From: an uncultured virus (IMG/VR IMGVR_UViG_3300042310_000554) | Lineage: Duplodnaviria; Heunggongvirae; Uroviricota; Caudoviricetes | DNA length: 64,000 nt | IMG/VR virus record: IMGVR_UViG_3300042310_000554 | Direction: 5' to 3' (one strand) | Shown here: piece by piece, positions 10,308 to 21,500 of the stretch | Layout of the letters: every line of letters begins with the position of its first letter | How positions within the stretch are numbered: position 1 is the stretch's first letter | Position numbers and translations under genes: made by a program | The notes under the pieces: model-generated | What the model was told of the DNA's origin: nothing | The model's input: only the letters and a program-made list of their open reading frames with translations | The model's database searches: none

Positions 10308-11369
10308 ATGACACAAGAACAAATTTCAAAAATAGAGAAATCTATAGAGAACATGAAAGATAGGAAATCAAGGATTTATCTTTTGGTTCAAGACACTAAA
10401 GGTAATGCAAAGGCTTCCTTATCTTATATCTATAATTTAGGTATATCATTATTAAACGAAGGTTATAATGTAATTATGTTACACGAAAAATCTGACTACA
10501 CAGGAGTTCAAAGTTGGTTAGGTCAAGAGTACATGGATTTATTACCTCATAAACCAATTGAAGGTGAAAATTTAGAAGTTTCACCTGAAGATTTTATTAT
10601 TTTACCAGAACTTTACGGATTTGTAATGAGTCAAATTTCCAAATTACCTTGTGGTAAAATAGTGTTATGCCAAGCATATGACCATATATTAGAAACTTTA
10701 CAACCAGGTCAAACTTGGTCACAATTAGGGTTTTTTAAATGTATAACAACATCAGAGATTCAAAAAGAATATTTAGAAAATATTATGAGAAATGTATCAT
10801 TTGATATATTAAAACCTTTTATCTCCGATGAATTTACACCAAACACATTACCATCAAAACCAATAATCGCAATACATGCGAGAGACCAAAGAGATTCCAC
10901 TAACATAATAAAATCTTTTTATATTAAATTCCCTCAATATAGATGGGTAACATTTAGAGATATGAGAGGATTATCTGAGACTGAATTTGCCAAAGCTCTA
11001 AAAGAGTGTTTTCTTTCTGTTTGGATTGACGAAACGAGTTCATACGGTACTTTTCCTTTAGAGTCTATGAAATGTAATGTTCCGGTTTTAGGGCTAGCAC
11101 CTAATTTAGTACCGGAATGGATGAATGAAGATAATGGTATTTGGATTAATAATAAAATACAAATAGTTGATTATATTTCTGACTTTTTACAAAATTGGTT
11201 AGAAGATAGTATTAATGAAAATTTAGAAGGTGAAATGTTAAAAACCGTTGAGACTTTATCAACCAAAGAAACTTTCAACTCTGAAGTTATAAACCTTTTT
11301 GAAAGATACTTGTCTGTTAGATTAGAATCATTTGAAGAACAATTATCTAAACTAGAAACAATAGAATAA
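10308..11369 (+). CDS. Glycosyltransferase-like (GT-B)
   Basis: FIILPE and SYGTFPLESMKC (E-x7-E-like) motifs. Confidence 0.65.
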   Translation: MTQEQISKIEKSIENMKDRKSRIYLLVQDTKGNAKASLSYIYNLGISLLNEGYNVIMLHEKSDYTGVQSWLGQEYMDLLPHKPIEGENLEVSPEDFIILPELYGFVMSQISKLPCGKIVLCQAYDHILETLQPGQTWSQLGFFKCITTSEIQKEYLENIMRNVSFDILKPFISDEFTPNTLPSKPIIAIHARDQRDSTNIIKSFYIKFPQYRWVTFRDMRGLSETEFAKALKECFLSVWIDETSSYGTFPLESMKCNVPVLGLAPNLVPEWMNEDNGIWINNKIQIVDYISDFLQNWLEDSINENLEGEMLKTVETLSTKETFNSEVINLFERYLSVRLESFEEQLSKLETIE

Positions 11370-11370
11370 T

Positions 11371-12183
11371 ATGGAAGAAACTAAAACATTTGATGTATCC
11401 GTAATATTACCAATAAAATCAGGTAAAACATTAGGATTTGCAGAGTATTTTGAAAAATGTATACTATCATTACAAAATCAAAAAGTAGAAATAAATGAAC
11501 TAATAATTGTTCACACTAACGAAAGTTATTTGACAGATTATTTAAACGAGTTTGACTTTGGGAGTTTAACTGTTAAAAAATATGAATGGACTAAAGACCC
11601 TAACTACGCCGACCAAATAAACTATGGTGTTAGAAATTCAAATTCAGAATGGGTTTCGTTGTTTGAATTTGATGATGAATATTCTAGTATTTGGTTTAAA
11701 AATGTTAACCTTTACAGTGAAGCGTATCCCGATGTAAATGCGTTTTTACCAATCGTTGTAGATACTGACGAATCAGGTAAATTTGCCGGATTCACGAATG
11801 AAGCAACTTTTGCGGCCAATTTTACTGAAGAAATGGGTGTATTAACTAATGAAACATTACTTGACTATCAAAATTTCCAAACATCTGGTATGGTGATTAA
11901 AAAATCGTCATTTATTGATTTTGGATTAATTAAGTCATCATTTAAATTAACCTTTGGTTATGAATTCTTTTTAAGAATGACACATAACTCGGTAAAAATT
12001 ATATCAATCCCAAAAATAGGTTATAAACATACAAATTTAAGACAAGGGTCTATTTTTTGGAATTATAAAAATGGTGAAAATGTGTTAACCGATGATGAGA
12101 TTAAGTTTTGGATTGATTCAGCAAAAAAAGAATATTTTTTTATTAATGACAGAAACATAAAATACGAACCTCAAGAAGTTTAA
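11371..12183 (+). CDS. Glycosyltransferase family 2-like
   Basis: VSVILP, NYGV, EFDDEY motifs. Confidence 0.7.
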   Translation: MEETKTFDVSVILPIKSGKTLGFAEYFEKCILSLQNQKVEINELIIVHTNESYLTDYLNEFDFGSLTVKKYEWTKDPNYADQINYGVRNSNSEWVSLFEFDDEYSSIWFKNVNLYSEAYPDVNAFLPIVVDTDESGKFAGFTNEATFAANFTEEMGVLTNETLLDYQNFQTSGMVIKKSSFIDFGLIKSSFKLTFGYEFFLRMTHNSVKIISIPKIGYKHTNLRQGSIFWNYKNGENVLTDDEIKFWIDSAKKEYFFINDRNIKYEPQEV

Positions 12184-12932
12184 TGAGTGAAATAATTAAT
12201 TTAACAGGAGATACCGTTGTTGAGTTAAAAAAGAAAGGTAGAAAACCAACTCAATTAAATTATTTTGATGTTCGGGAAGAATTAGCGGTTGTTAGATTTC
12301 TATCAACCGAGGATTATGAAGAAAGAAATAAAATTTATAATGAGTTTTTAAAACAACCTTTAGATAAAATGATATCCTCGATTATTCGTCGATACAAATT
12401 ATATAGAAAAGACATGGATTTCACCGAAATTCACGTAGACACTCATTCATTTTTAATGACCAAGATAGAAAAATTTAAGCCTTCTAGAGAAAAGAAGGCA
12501 TATTCTTATTTTGGTACCATATGTAAAAATTATTTAATGGGTCAAATCATTAAAGACCAAAAAGAAACAAATAGAAAAATCTCATACGAGGATATTTCAA
12601 CCAGCATAGAAAATAATGAAATGTTTTCATATAGTATAGAAAACGATGGGTTAGACCCCGAAAGAATTATTAGACATTTTTTATTAGAATTAGAAAAATT
12701 AATTAAAGATGGTAATCTTTCAGAAAACGAAATTAAATTGGGGCACGCTTTGTACGAAATATTTGAGAATTATGATAAAATTTTTATAGGAAATGATAAT
12801 AATAAATTTAATAAAAACATTATTTTATTATCGTTACGGGAGATGACAAACTTAACAACAAAAGAAATCAGAGGGTCTATGAAAAAATTTAAAAATATGT
12901 ATTTGGTGTTAATTCAAAATATGGTTAAATAA
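12183..12932 (+). CDS. Phage sigma factor (T4 gp55-like late sigma)
   Basis: KFKPSREKKAYSYFGTICKNYL resembles sigma region 2 of gp55-like proteins. Confidence 0.6.
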   Translation: MSEIINLTGDTVVELKKKGRKPTQLNYFDVREELAVVRFLSTEDYEERNKIYNEFLKQPLDKMISSIIRRYKLYRKDMDFTEIHVDTHSFLMTKIEKFKPSREKKAYSYFGTICKNYLMGQIIKDQKETNRKISYEDISTSIENNEMFSYSIENDGLDPERIIRHFLLELEKLIKDGNLSENEIKLGHALYEIFENYDKIFIGNDNNKFNKNIILLSLREMTNLTTKEIRGSMKKFKNMYLVLIQNMVK

Positions 12933-12957
12933 ATCACACACCTAAATATTTATCATT

Positions 12958-13338
12958 ATGGCAAGACCGAAAAAAAACGAAATTAATTTATCTAAAGAAT
13001 CAATGTTATCATTGATGCAAGAAATTTATAATGAATTAGTGGAACAAAGAAATACCGCAATCAGAATTCAAAATAAAATGTTAACAATGATGAAGGAACC
13101 TGAAGATATGACTATCATAGGGCCTGTGATTGAGAAACAACAAAAAATAATTAATGATTGTGTTGAGAAAAAATTGACTCTTTCTAAACTCCAAGCCGGT
13201 ATGTGGGAAAAATCTAATAACAATAATAGTGGTGAGAGTTTTTCTATCACTGATTTAGGTGATGACGACGATTTACTAAAAACCTTAATTGAAAAAGACA
13301 TATCCAAAAGTTCTGATTCTTATAAAATGAAAAAATAA
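12958..13338 (+). CDS. Hypothetical protein
   Basis: 126 aa ORF preceded by ATATTTAT motif. Confidence 0.7.
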   Translation: MARPKKNEINLSKESMLSLMQEIYNELVEQRNTAIRIQNKMLTMMKEPEDMTIIGPVIEKQQKIINDCVEKKLTLSKLQAGMWEKSNNNNSGESFSITDLGDDDDLLKTLIEKDISKSSDSYKMKK

Positions 13339-13344
13339 TTTAAA

Positions 13345-15267
13345 ATGGGATTAGATTTAAACTTTGACTATAATTCTGTTCAAAATAAAATAAATGCAAC
13401 AAAGTCATATACCGATTTAAAAGGTCAGTATGATGATACCACTAAAAAAGCGGGTGAATCATTTGATAAGGCAAAATCAGATATTACTGGTCAAATCCAA
13501 AATTTAAAAAATCAATCTAAAAGATATCAAAAAGAGATTAAATCTCAACTTGAACAATTATTAGACATTAATAAAATCACTGGAGGTAAGGGGGGTAATT
13601 CAACTAAATATGTTAAAAGATTATTTTTAACCGCCCTTAAAAATATTGAACCTAAAATTGCTAAAATTTTATCTGAAGAGGCCTTAAACGCTGTTGGGTG
13701 TGACCAACAGCAATCTTTTAGTGCCCAAACCATATATATTAAAGTTAAATCAATCGATTTAATTAATCTTTTAAAATTATCACCAACCGAAGACGATGGA
13801 AAACCATTGTACGAAAAACAACCAATAGATGTACAGAATTATCCATTTGCGATGAATAAAGAATTATACGAATTAATTCAAAATGGTAATCCATACTCAA
13901 CTACTAATGGTCAACTATATAAAGGACAATCGGGTAAAGATTTATTTGACATACAATATGTTGAACAAAACGATTTAGGTGTTACCGGACCGTGGTACAA
14001 AGTAACATTACAAGACCGTATTGGGATTGGAGCCGGGACACCAAATAAAGTCGGTGAATTTATGATGGATTATTTCAAAACAATTAGAGTTGTGGACACC
14101 ACAAATATAATGGCAAATATTATGGAAGCCTTGTCAGGAGCTGCCTCAATTAAAGCTAACGCAGGTATTGGTCAAATTGGTGACCAAACTAAATTTGGAG
14201 CGATTGTTCAAAGAATATTAGGATTATGTTTTGATAATAGAAAAGAAATTGATGTTAGTGGAATCGCCAAATTAGCCGATTTAGATGGTGTTGATGAATC
14301 ATTTTTTGAATTTAACGAAATTGATTTAAGAAAAATAGAACAGACTATCACAAATATAAAAAATGGGGTTATCGAATTTGAAGGGTGTGATAATATTAAA
14401 GTTCCTGTGAATGCAAACGCAATTTTTGACGATTTAAACAATTTAAATTTTGTACCGGATAATGATTTAGTTGATGCTATGGATAATTTAACCAACTCAT
14501 TAATTAATGACCCAATATGGGGATTATCACCTCAAATAGATGTACAAGCGACTGTTGATTTTAATTTTATAAAATTAATGTGTCAAGGTATTGCGTCATC
14601 ATTATTATCACCAAAAATATTATTACCAATTTACATTATGTTAAAATCTTTAGGTCAATCTGCTGTTGATTTAATTAATTCTTTTATGACTTTTATTAAA
14701 GAGTTTAAGAAATTTGCTATTAATGTTATCTCAAAAGTTGGGGCAATATTTATCGAAGAATTATTTGAATTAATTAAAAGGGATATAATGGCGTTAGTTC
14801 AGAAAGTAATTACTGATTTAATAAAAGAAAAAATTGATAAAAGATTAACGATGATTTTAAAATTAGTACAATTATTATTAATTGTATCAAGTTTTATTAG
14901 TGATTGGAGACGATGTAAAAGCGTTGTCGATGAAATATTATCAATGTTATCGTTAATAACATCATCAATACCTGGTCTTGGTGGTGGAATACCATTACCA
15001 TTATTATTCGCGTCACAACTATTAGACGGGTATTCAGCATCAAGAGCTTTTATTGGTTCTATTGAGGAGTTTCAAAAAATTGGGGTCCCAACAGGTGCAT
15101 TACCAGATGGGAGCCCAAATTTAGACATATTATCAAAATTTGGGCAAATGAGAGCCATGGCAAAAGAAGAAGATTCAAATGGTAAATTAGAGATAGCTAT
15201 AGGGCCATTAACAATGACACCAGCAGGTTTAACTATCCCAATGAAATCTTTCGGAAAAAAAATATAA
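13345..15267 (+). CDS. Hypothetical (probable virion/baseplate) protein
   Basis: 640 aa ORF upstream of gp5-like gene. Confidence 0.55.
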   Translation: MGLDLNFDYNSVQNKINATKSYTDLKGQYDDTTKKAGESFDKAKSDITGQIQNLKNQSKRYQKEIKSQLEQLLDINKITGGKGGNSTKYVKRLFLTALKNIEPKIAKILSEEALNAVGCDQQQSFSAQTIYIKVKSIDLINLLKLSPTEDDGKPLYEKQPIDVQNYPFAMNKELYELIQNGNPYSTTNGQLYKGQSGKDLFDIQYVEQNDLGVTGPWYKVTLQDRIGIGAGTPNKVGEFMMDYFKTIRVVDTTNIMANIMEALSGAASIKANAGIGQIGDQTKFGAIVQRILGLCFDNRKEIDVSGIAKLADLDGVDESFFEFNEIDLRKIEQTITNIKNGVIEFEGCDNIKVPVNANAIFDDLNNLNFVPDNDLVDAMDNLTNSLINDPIWGLSPQIDVQATVDFNFIKLMCQGIASSLLSPKILLPIYIMLKSLGQSAVDLINSFMTFIKEFKKFAINVISKVGAIFIEELFELIKRDIMALVQKVITDLIKEKIDKRLTMILKLVQLLLIVSSFISDWRRCKSVVDEILSMLSLITSSIPGLGGGIPLPLLFASQLLDGYSASRAFIGSIEEFQKIGVPTGALPDGSPNLDILSKFGQMRAMAKEEDSNGKLEIAIGPLTMTPAGLTIPMKSFGKKI

Positions 15268-15269
15268 TT

Positions 15270-15485
15270 ATGACAAAAATAGAAGAATCAGAAAAGGCGT
15301 TAGATATTATAAAAAATTATAAATCTTCATCAAACAAAGATTTAATTTTTGTTATGGATTTTATTCAAGAAGATTTTAAATTAACAAAAGAAACTATTAT
15401 AAAATTAACAGAACATTTAGATAAGGTTGAGGTTACCTATAACACGATTTTAAAAGAATATCAAAAAAGAACAAATACTAAATAA
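15270..15485 (+). CDS. Hypothetical protein
   Basis: 71 aa, TAATG-coupled to next gene. Confidence 0.6.
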   Translation: MTKIEESEKALDIIKNYKSSSNKDLIFVMDFIQEDFKLTKETIIKLTEHLDKVEVTYNTILKEYQKRTNTK

Positions 15486-17056
15486 TGCAAATAGATAGTC
15501 AAAATAAGTATCAAATATTATTTGCCGGTAGAGTATACGACAACCAAGACCCCACTATGCTTGGTCGTTTACGTGTTTTACCTGAAAGTAAAGATTATTC
15601 CGCAATAATTGGTGCAGTACCTGATTGGTCTGAAGAGACAGATAAATGGACAAGTAAAGACCCAATTGTCTTTATGCCATTATTACCTTTTTATCTTAGT
15701 CAAACACCTAAAATTGACGAATATGTTCATATAATTTATATGAACAAAAAATTTCCAAATCAAAATCAATTTTATATTCAAGGGCCTTTTTCTTCACCAA
15801 CAAAAACATCGTTTGAACAATTTAACGCTTCTCAAACTTTTTTAGCGTCAGGTGATAAAATAAAAGAGGGAATATCAATTAAAAATCAAAATGGTGAATA
15901 TAGAAACCCAACTTTAAATAAGGGTATTTATCCTGAGCCAGGTGATAACGCTTTATTGGGTAGAGGTTCTGCAGATGTTCTTGTGAAAGAACAAGAAGTG
16001 ATAATTAGAGCTGGAAAATCAAAACCTCTTACCGGAGCATTACCGGAAGTCAATACAAAAAGAGGGTTTTTACAATTATCTAATTTCTCAACACAAGAAA
16101 TTCCTGGAACACCAACAATGGACACTAGATTTGAGGAAGTTGTTGATATGGTTAAAAAAATGATAATATGGGATATTTCAAATTTAGAGAGTAATTTTAA
16201 TTTTACCGGAACTGTTAGTTTACATAATGTAATACCAAGTATTTCAGTTAACACTAAAAATTTTAAACCGGAAAGTATTACATCTTTAAGTGTTGGAACT
16301 AACTATACAAATGCAGTTGAAAGTTATTCTTTTGTTGGTGATGACTTTGACACTTGTGTTAATAAAATTAATAAATTTATTTCTTCAGTTTTCAACGGTC
16401 AGATTGATATTCCGGGATACGCAGTTAAAAATCCTCAAAATTTTGTAAAAGGAACCAATCTACCTTTAATTGTTACACCGTCAAAATTATCTTATGAAAT
16501 AGGTAATAATTCTAATCCAAATCCGACAAACATAACTGACGCAACAAATTACATTAAATTTTACTCTAAGATTAAATGTAATTCAACACAAACTAAAACC
16601 GGTTTTTTTCTAATATCAACAACAAATTCAAAAGGAGCTCCACTTATAGGACCACAATTTGATAAAAAAAAGGAAATTTCAATATTAAACGATTTTAATA
16701 ATTCTGATATAACGTATGGGGTATTAGGTAGTCAAAGAATTTATTTATTATCTCACGATTCTACAGGACCAAAAGGTTTAATTGATTTATCAGAAACCCT
16801 TTATGGTATTCCCCAAGATAAATTTGTTAGAGGAGAAGGAAGTATTCTTAATAAAACTTACCCTGTTGTTAGAGGAGACCAATTGATGATATTACTCCGA
16901 AAAATGTTTGCATTTGTTACGGGTCACGTACACCCAATTGCAACAATGGCACCAGTTCCGGTTGCATCGGGTAATGGACAAACTAGTTTTGAGATAGAAA
17001 GTATCTTATCCAATGCGGAAAATGACATACTAAATCAAAATATTCGAATTAATTGA
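15485..17056 (+). CDS. Baseplate hub/central spike (gp5/VgrG-like)
   Basis: N-terminal GRVYDNQDPTMLGRLRV OB-fold motif; C-terminal VRGD...GHVHP (HxH) spike motif. Confidence 0.65.
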   Translation: MQIDSQNKYQILFAGRVYDNQDPTMLGRLRVLPESKDYSAIIGAVPDWSEETDKWTSKDPIVFMPLLPFYLSQTPKIDEYVHIIYMNKKFPNQNQFYIQGPFSSPTKTSFEQFNASQTFLASGDKIKEGISIKNQNGEYRNPTLNKGIYPEPGDNALLGRGSADVLVKEQEVIIRAGKSKPLTGALPEVNTKRGFLQLSNFSTQEIPGTPTMDTRFEEVVDMVKKMIIWDISNLESNFNFTGTVSLHNVIPSISVNTKNFKPESITSLSVGTNYTNAVESYSFVGDDFDTCVNKINKFISSVFNGQIDIPGYAVKNPQNFVKGTNLPLIVTPSKLSYEIGNNSNPNPTNITDATNYIKFYSKIKCNSTQTKTGFFLISTTNSKGAPLIGPQFDKKKEISILNDFNNSDITYGVLGSQRIYLLSHDSTGPKGLIDLSETLYGIPQDKFVRGEGSILNKTYPVVRGDQLMILLRKMFAFVTGHVHPIATMAPVPVASGNGQTSFEIESILSNAENDILNQNIRIN

Positions 17057-17078
17057 TATTTATAAGTAAAACACTTAA

Positions 17079-18554
17079 ATGTCAATTAATAACTCGTATT
17101 TTAGCAAGAACAATACCCTTACTTCAAATAGCTTTGTAAATACTGGAAGAAATCCGGTTACCGAGCTTTTTTATGGTTCAGTTATTAGTTCTCAATACCC
17201 AAATGGGTATAGTAGATTTATCTTTGATTTAGATTTTACCTTATTAAATCAAAAAGTCTCTGATGGTACCATAAATTTAAATTGTGGTGAACTTCCAACA
17301 CATATTTTAAGAATGGTGAATACCTCATCATTTAATGAAGAACTATTAAATACTACCACATCTCAAGGTAGAATGAGAGCAACATCATTTGATTTAATCT
17401 TATTTAGAATACCGTATATTGATAATGACCCTGACCAACCCCAAGTTTGGGATGAAGGTGTTGGGTATGATTTCGCTGATTTAATTTACGATTATAGTCC
17501 ATCTGATAAAAACTTTTCTGATAGACCATCAAATTGGTTTCAAACAACCACTATTGGTACTTGGGAAGAAGAGGGTATATATAATAACCAAAATATTGGT
17601 AATGTTCCTTATAGTGGTTTAACCATTGTTGATACACAACATTTTGAATTTGGTAATGAAAATGTTAGTTTTAATATGTCAGATGAAATTAATGCTATTC
17701 TAACCGGTCAATTAACTAATGTTTCAGGATGGGGAATTGCTTACAAACCACAAGTCGAGAACATAACAGGTATTACCGATAACTACGAAGTTCAATTTTT
17801 TACTCGTCATACACAAACATTTTACGAACCATTTTTAGAAACATCTTACGATGATTTAATTCAAGATGATAGAAATTCTTTTAGTTTGGGGAAAGTAAAT
17901 AAATTATATCTATATCTTTTTGACAATGGTAATCCAATTAATTTAGATAATAATCCATCTGTTGATATTTTAGATGCGACAGGTACAGAAATATCTGGTC
18001 TTATTGGTCTTAGTACTTGTAGAAAAACTAAAGGTGTTTATGAAGTAATTATTCCACCTCTTATAGGTTATAAAACACCTTGCACATTTTCTGATAGATG
18101 GTATAATTTAAATTTAAACGGATTTGGATTACCTCAAATGACTAACGATTTTGTCATATACCCATTAAAAAATTCAATTCAAATGGGTGTTGTGTCATCT
18201 GAACCTAAATTATACGGATTTGACTTTTATGGATTAAAACAAGATGAAAAAATCTTAAACTCCGATATAAGAAAAGTTGGTGTAATTATAAAACAAGCTT
18301 ATACCACAAATAAATTACTCCCAAATATAGATGCTTATTATAGAATATATGTTAGGGAAGGTCAAACAGAAGTTCAGGTACAAGATTGGACAAAAATAAA
18401 CAGAACCCCCAATGAATATTATTTTATGTTTGACACAAGAGATAAAATTCCTAACGAATATTATGTGGATATGAAAGTTATTAGCAGTGGGGAAATAAAC
18501 ACTTACAAAAAACAAATCAAATTTCAGATTGTTAATGTAAAGTATTCAGAATAA
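17079..18554 (+). CDS. Probable virion structural protein
   Basis: 491 aa, beta-rich, WDEGVGYD; structural context and ATATTTAT upstream. Confidence 0.5.
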   Translation: MSINNSYFSKNNTLTSNSFVNTGRNPVTELFYGSVISSQYPNGYSRFIFDLDFTLLNQKVSDGTINLNCGELPTHILRMVNTSSFNEELLNTTTSQGRMRATSFDLILFRIPYIDNDPDQPQVWDEGVGYDFADLIYDYSPSDKNFSDRPSNWFQTTTIGTWEEEGIYNNQNIGNVPYSGLTIVDTQHFEFGNENVSFNMSDEINAILTGQLTNVSGWGIAYKPQVENITGITDNYEVQFFTRHTQTFYEPFLETSYDDLIQDDRNSFSLGKVNKLYLYLFDNGNPINLDNNPSVDILDATGTEISGLIGLSTCRKTKGVYEVIIPPLIGYKTPCTFSDRWYNLNLNGFGLPQMTNDFVIYPLKNSIQMGVVSSEPKLYGFDFYGLKQDEKILNSDIRKVGVIIKQAYTTNKLLPNIDAYYRIYVREGQTEVQVQDWTKINRTPNEYYFMFDTRDKIPNEYYVDMKVISSGEINTYKKQIKFQIVNVKYSE

Positions 18555-18582
18555 ATAGATATTTATAAATAAAAAAACAAAG

Positions 18583-21500
18583 ATGGCAAACAAATTAAAT
18601 TTTACCGGATGGAGTGGTACTTTTGACTTATCAAAATTAAATATTAGTGGTAGAACTCAAAGTTCACCTCAAGAAAATTCTAAAATTATTACAGGACCTG
18701 TGGTTATAGATAGTAATAGACCTAAAAAATCAACATTAACACCAGGAGTTCAACAACCTCTTGTAACAAGAGTTAAAACAGAACCAAATCCTGATTTTAC
18801 AAAGGCAACAAAATTATCTAGACAATCTAGATTATCTTTAAACTTTAGTTTAGAAAGTAACGGGCTTCCATTTACCGCTGGAACAATTGATACAAGTTTC
18901 CCATATAGTGCTAACACAGGTTTTAATGAAGAGGTAAATGTGGTTAAAGTCCAATCTGATGGTAAAATTTTAGTTGGTGGTTTGTTTAGTTCTTATACTT
19001 ACGATGAACAAACCTATTTCGCCCCTTATTTGATTAGATTAAACTCTGACGGTTCACCTGATTTTGATTTTTATTATACAGATAAAGCCGAATCCGAAGG
19101 TTGGAATTTAGATGGGTGGGTAGGTACTATTGATATACAGTCTGACGGTAAGATTGTAATTGGTGGTAATTTTGAATACTACTATGAAGACATCACTCGG
19201 TATTCACCAGGGATTATGAGATTTAATTCTGATGGTACGTTTGACGATACTTTATTTGTTGGTGAAGGTTTTAATGATGCTGTATCAACGATTATAGTAC
19301 AACCTGATGGTAAAATATTAGTTGCCGGTTCTTTTTTGGAATATAATACTGCTTCTGCAACGAGAATTATTAGATTAAATTCTAATGGTAATCCTGATTT
19401 AAGTTTTGGGACGGGTAATGGTGTTAATGGTACTGTTTCCGATATGGTATTACAACCAAATGGTAAAATTATATTAGGGGGTGATTTCTCTCAATATGAC
19501 GGTGATGACTCAAATAATATAGTTAGGATTAACTCAAATGGGGGTATAGATAATACATTTGTTGTTGGAGACGGATTTAACGATATGGTAAGGACTTTGG
19601 CGTTACAATCTGATGGTAAAGTTATTGTTGGAGGAGCGTTTAATTATTATAACAATATTGATTTATATAATGGGTATATAGTTAGATTAGGTGCTAACGG
19701 AGACATGGACACAAGATTTGGTTATGGATTCGATAATGACATTTATTCATTATCTATTCAATCTGATGACAAAATTTTGATTGGTGGTGAAATGGGCGTT
19801 TTTAACATAGATAATGATAATTTTTTAAACATTAATGCACTTGTTAGATTTCACTCAGATTGCACATTTGATTTTAGTTTTGATTATGATGAAAGTATTA
19901 ATGGTATTGTTTATTCTATAGAATTAGACTCTGACGATAAAATTTATATTGGTGGATATTTTCAAGAAGGCGGAGCACCTTACTTATTAAATTATTTTGG
20001 TAGAATAAATAACTCAATTTTAGAATATCCTTATACTTACACAGTTGAGGCTTGTGTACAACCTTTAATAGATGAAACAATTACTTATGTGGTTGGTTCT
20101 ATGACTCCGTTAACAGGAAATGAAACATACTCTTTTCAAAGAATACAAAATCCATCAATAACCGTATGTGGTAATATAGTTCCAACATATCCATCTAATA
20201 TTATTGAGTATGTTGCAATTAACTCTTATGTTGATTGTGAAGAAGCTTATACATCAAATTATAAAATAGTCGTATTTGAAGATTGTTTGGGTGATTTCTC
20301 ATCAACACCATTTTGGGTAGTTGATAATAGATTTGAAATTGGTGATATATTTTATGTAGATTCAGTTATTCAACAAATGGGGATTCTTTTCTTAAAGTTT
20401 GCCGCAACAATAATTGATGTTATTCCTTGGTCTGGAGGGACTGGACCTTTTGGAGATGTTTGGGATTACATCCAACCAATTAATTATGTGACATATTTAT
20501 CTTGTGATGACGCAATTGAGGCGAATGGTCTTATTTATGAAGCAAATTCTTGTATATCATCAGGAACGACATATCCTTTAATACATACGGCGTATTATGA
20601 CTATACAACAATATTGATACCAACTGAAAATAGTCCAGTTAACGTTATTAGTAATTACTTACCTATAGGTCCTTATGAATTTATTTCAGGTGGAACTCCG
20701 GAAATATATAGCACAATAAAAATTGCTGATAATGGAGATTGTGAGTTAGGTTTATCTAAAATTTCACCAAATGGAATATTAAATGAAAATTTTAACGACG
20801 GCGGATTTGGTAGTGGTAACACTTTTGTATATACAACAGTAGAACAACCTGATGGTAAATTATTAGTTGGTGGTAACTTTGAAGAATATGATGGATTACC
20901 AATGAATAACTTTATGAGATTATCCTCTAATGGTAATATTGATGGAACATTTGTTATCGGAGACGGATTTGACGATATAGTATGGGCTTTAGTATTACAA
21001 TCTGATGGTAAAATATTAGTGGGTGGTGACTTTAATGAATATAATGGTGTGGTAACAGGTAATCTCGCTAGATTAAATTCTGATGGAAGTTTAGATGATA
21101 CATTTTTATTAAATGGTTTTAATTATACAGTTAGAGCAATTGCTGTTCAAATAGATGGTAAAATTGTTGTTGGTGGAGAGTTTACTCCTCAAATATTAAG
21201 AATAAACTCTGATGGAACTCCCGATACCACATTTAATCCAAGTAATTTTAATGGTAATGTTCACACAATTAACATAGAAACAATTAGAAACACACCATTC
21301 TATGTTACAAATAGTCCAGCAACTTATACAGAAAACATTATTGTTGGTGGTCAATTTAGTTCGTATAGTGGAACTAATGTAGGTGGTATTGTTAAATTAT
21401 CACCAATAGGTAATATATTACCAGATTTTGGTAATGGATTTAATCAAGACACAGGTGGTACACCAAGAGTTAATAAAATTGTTCAACAACCGGATGGTAA

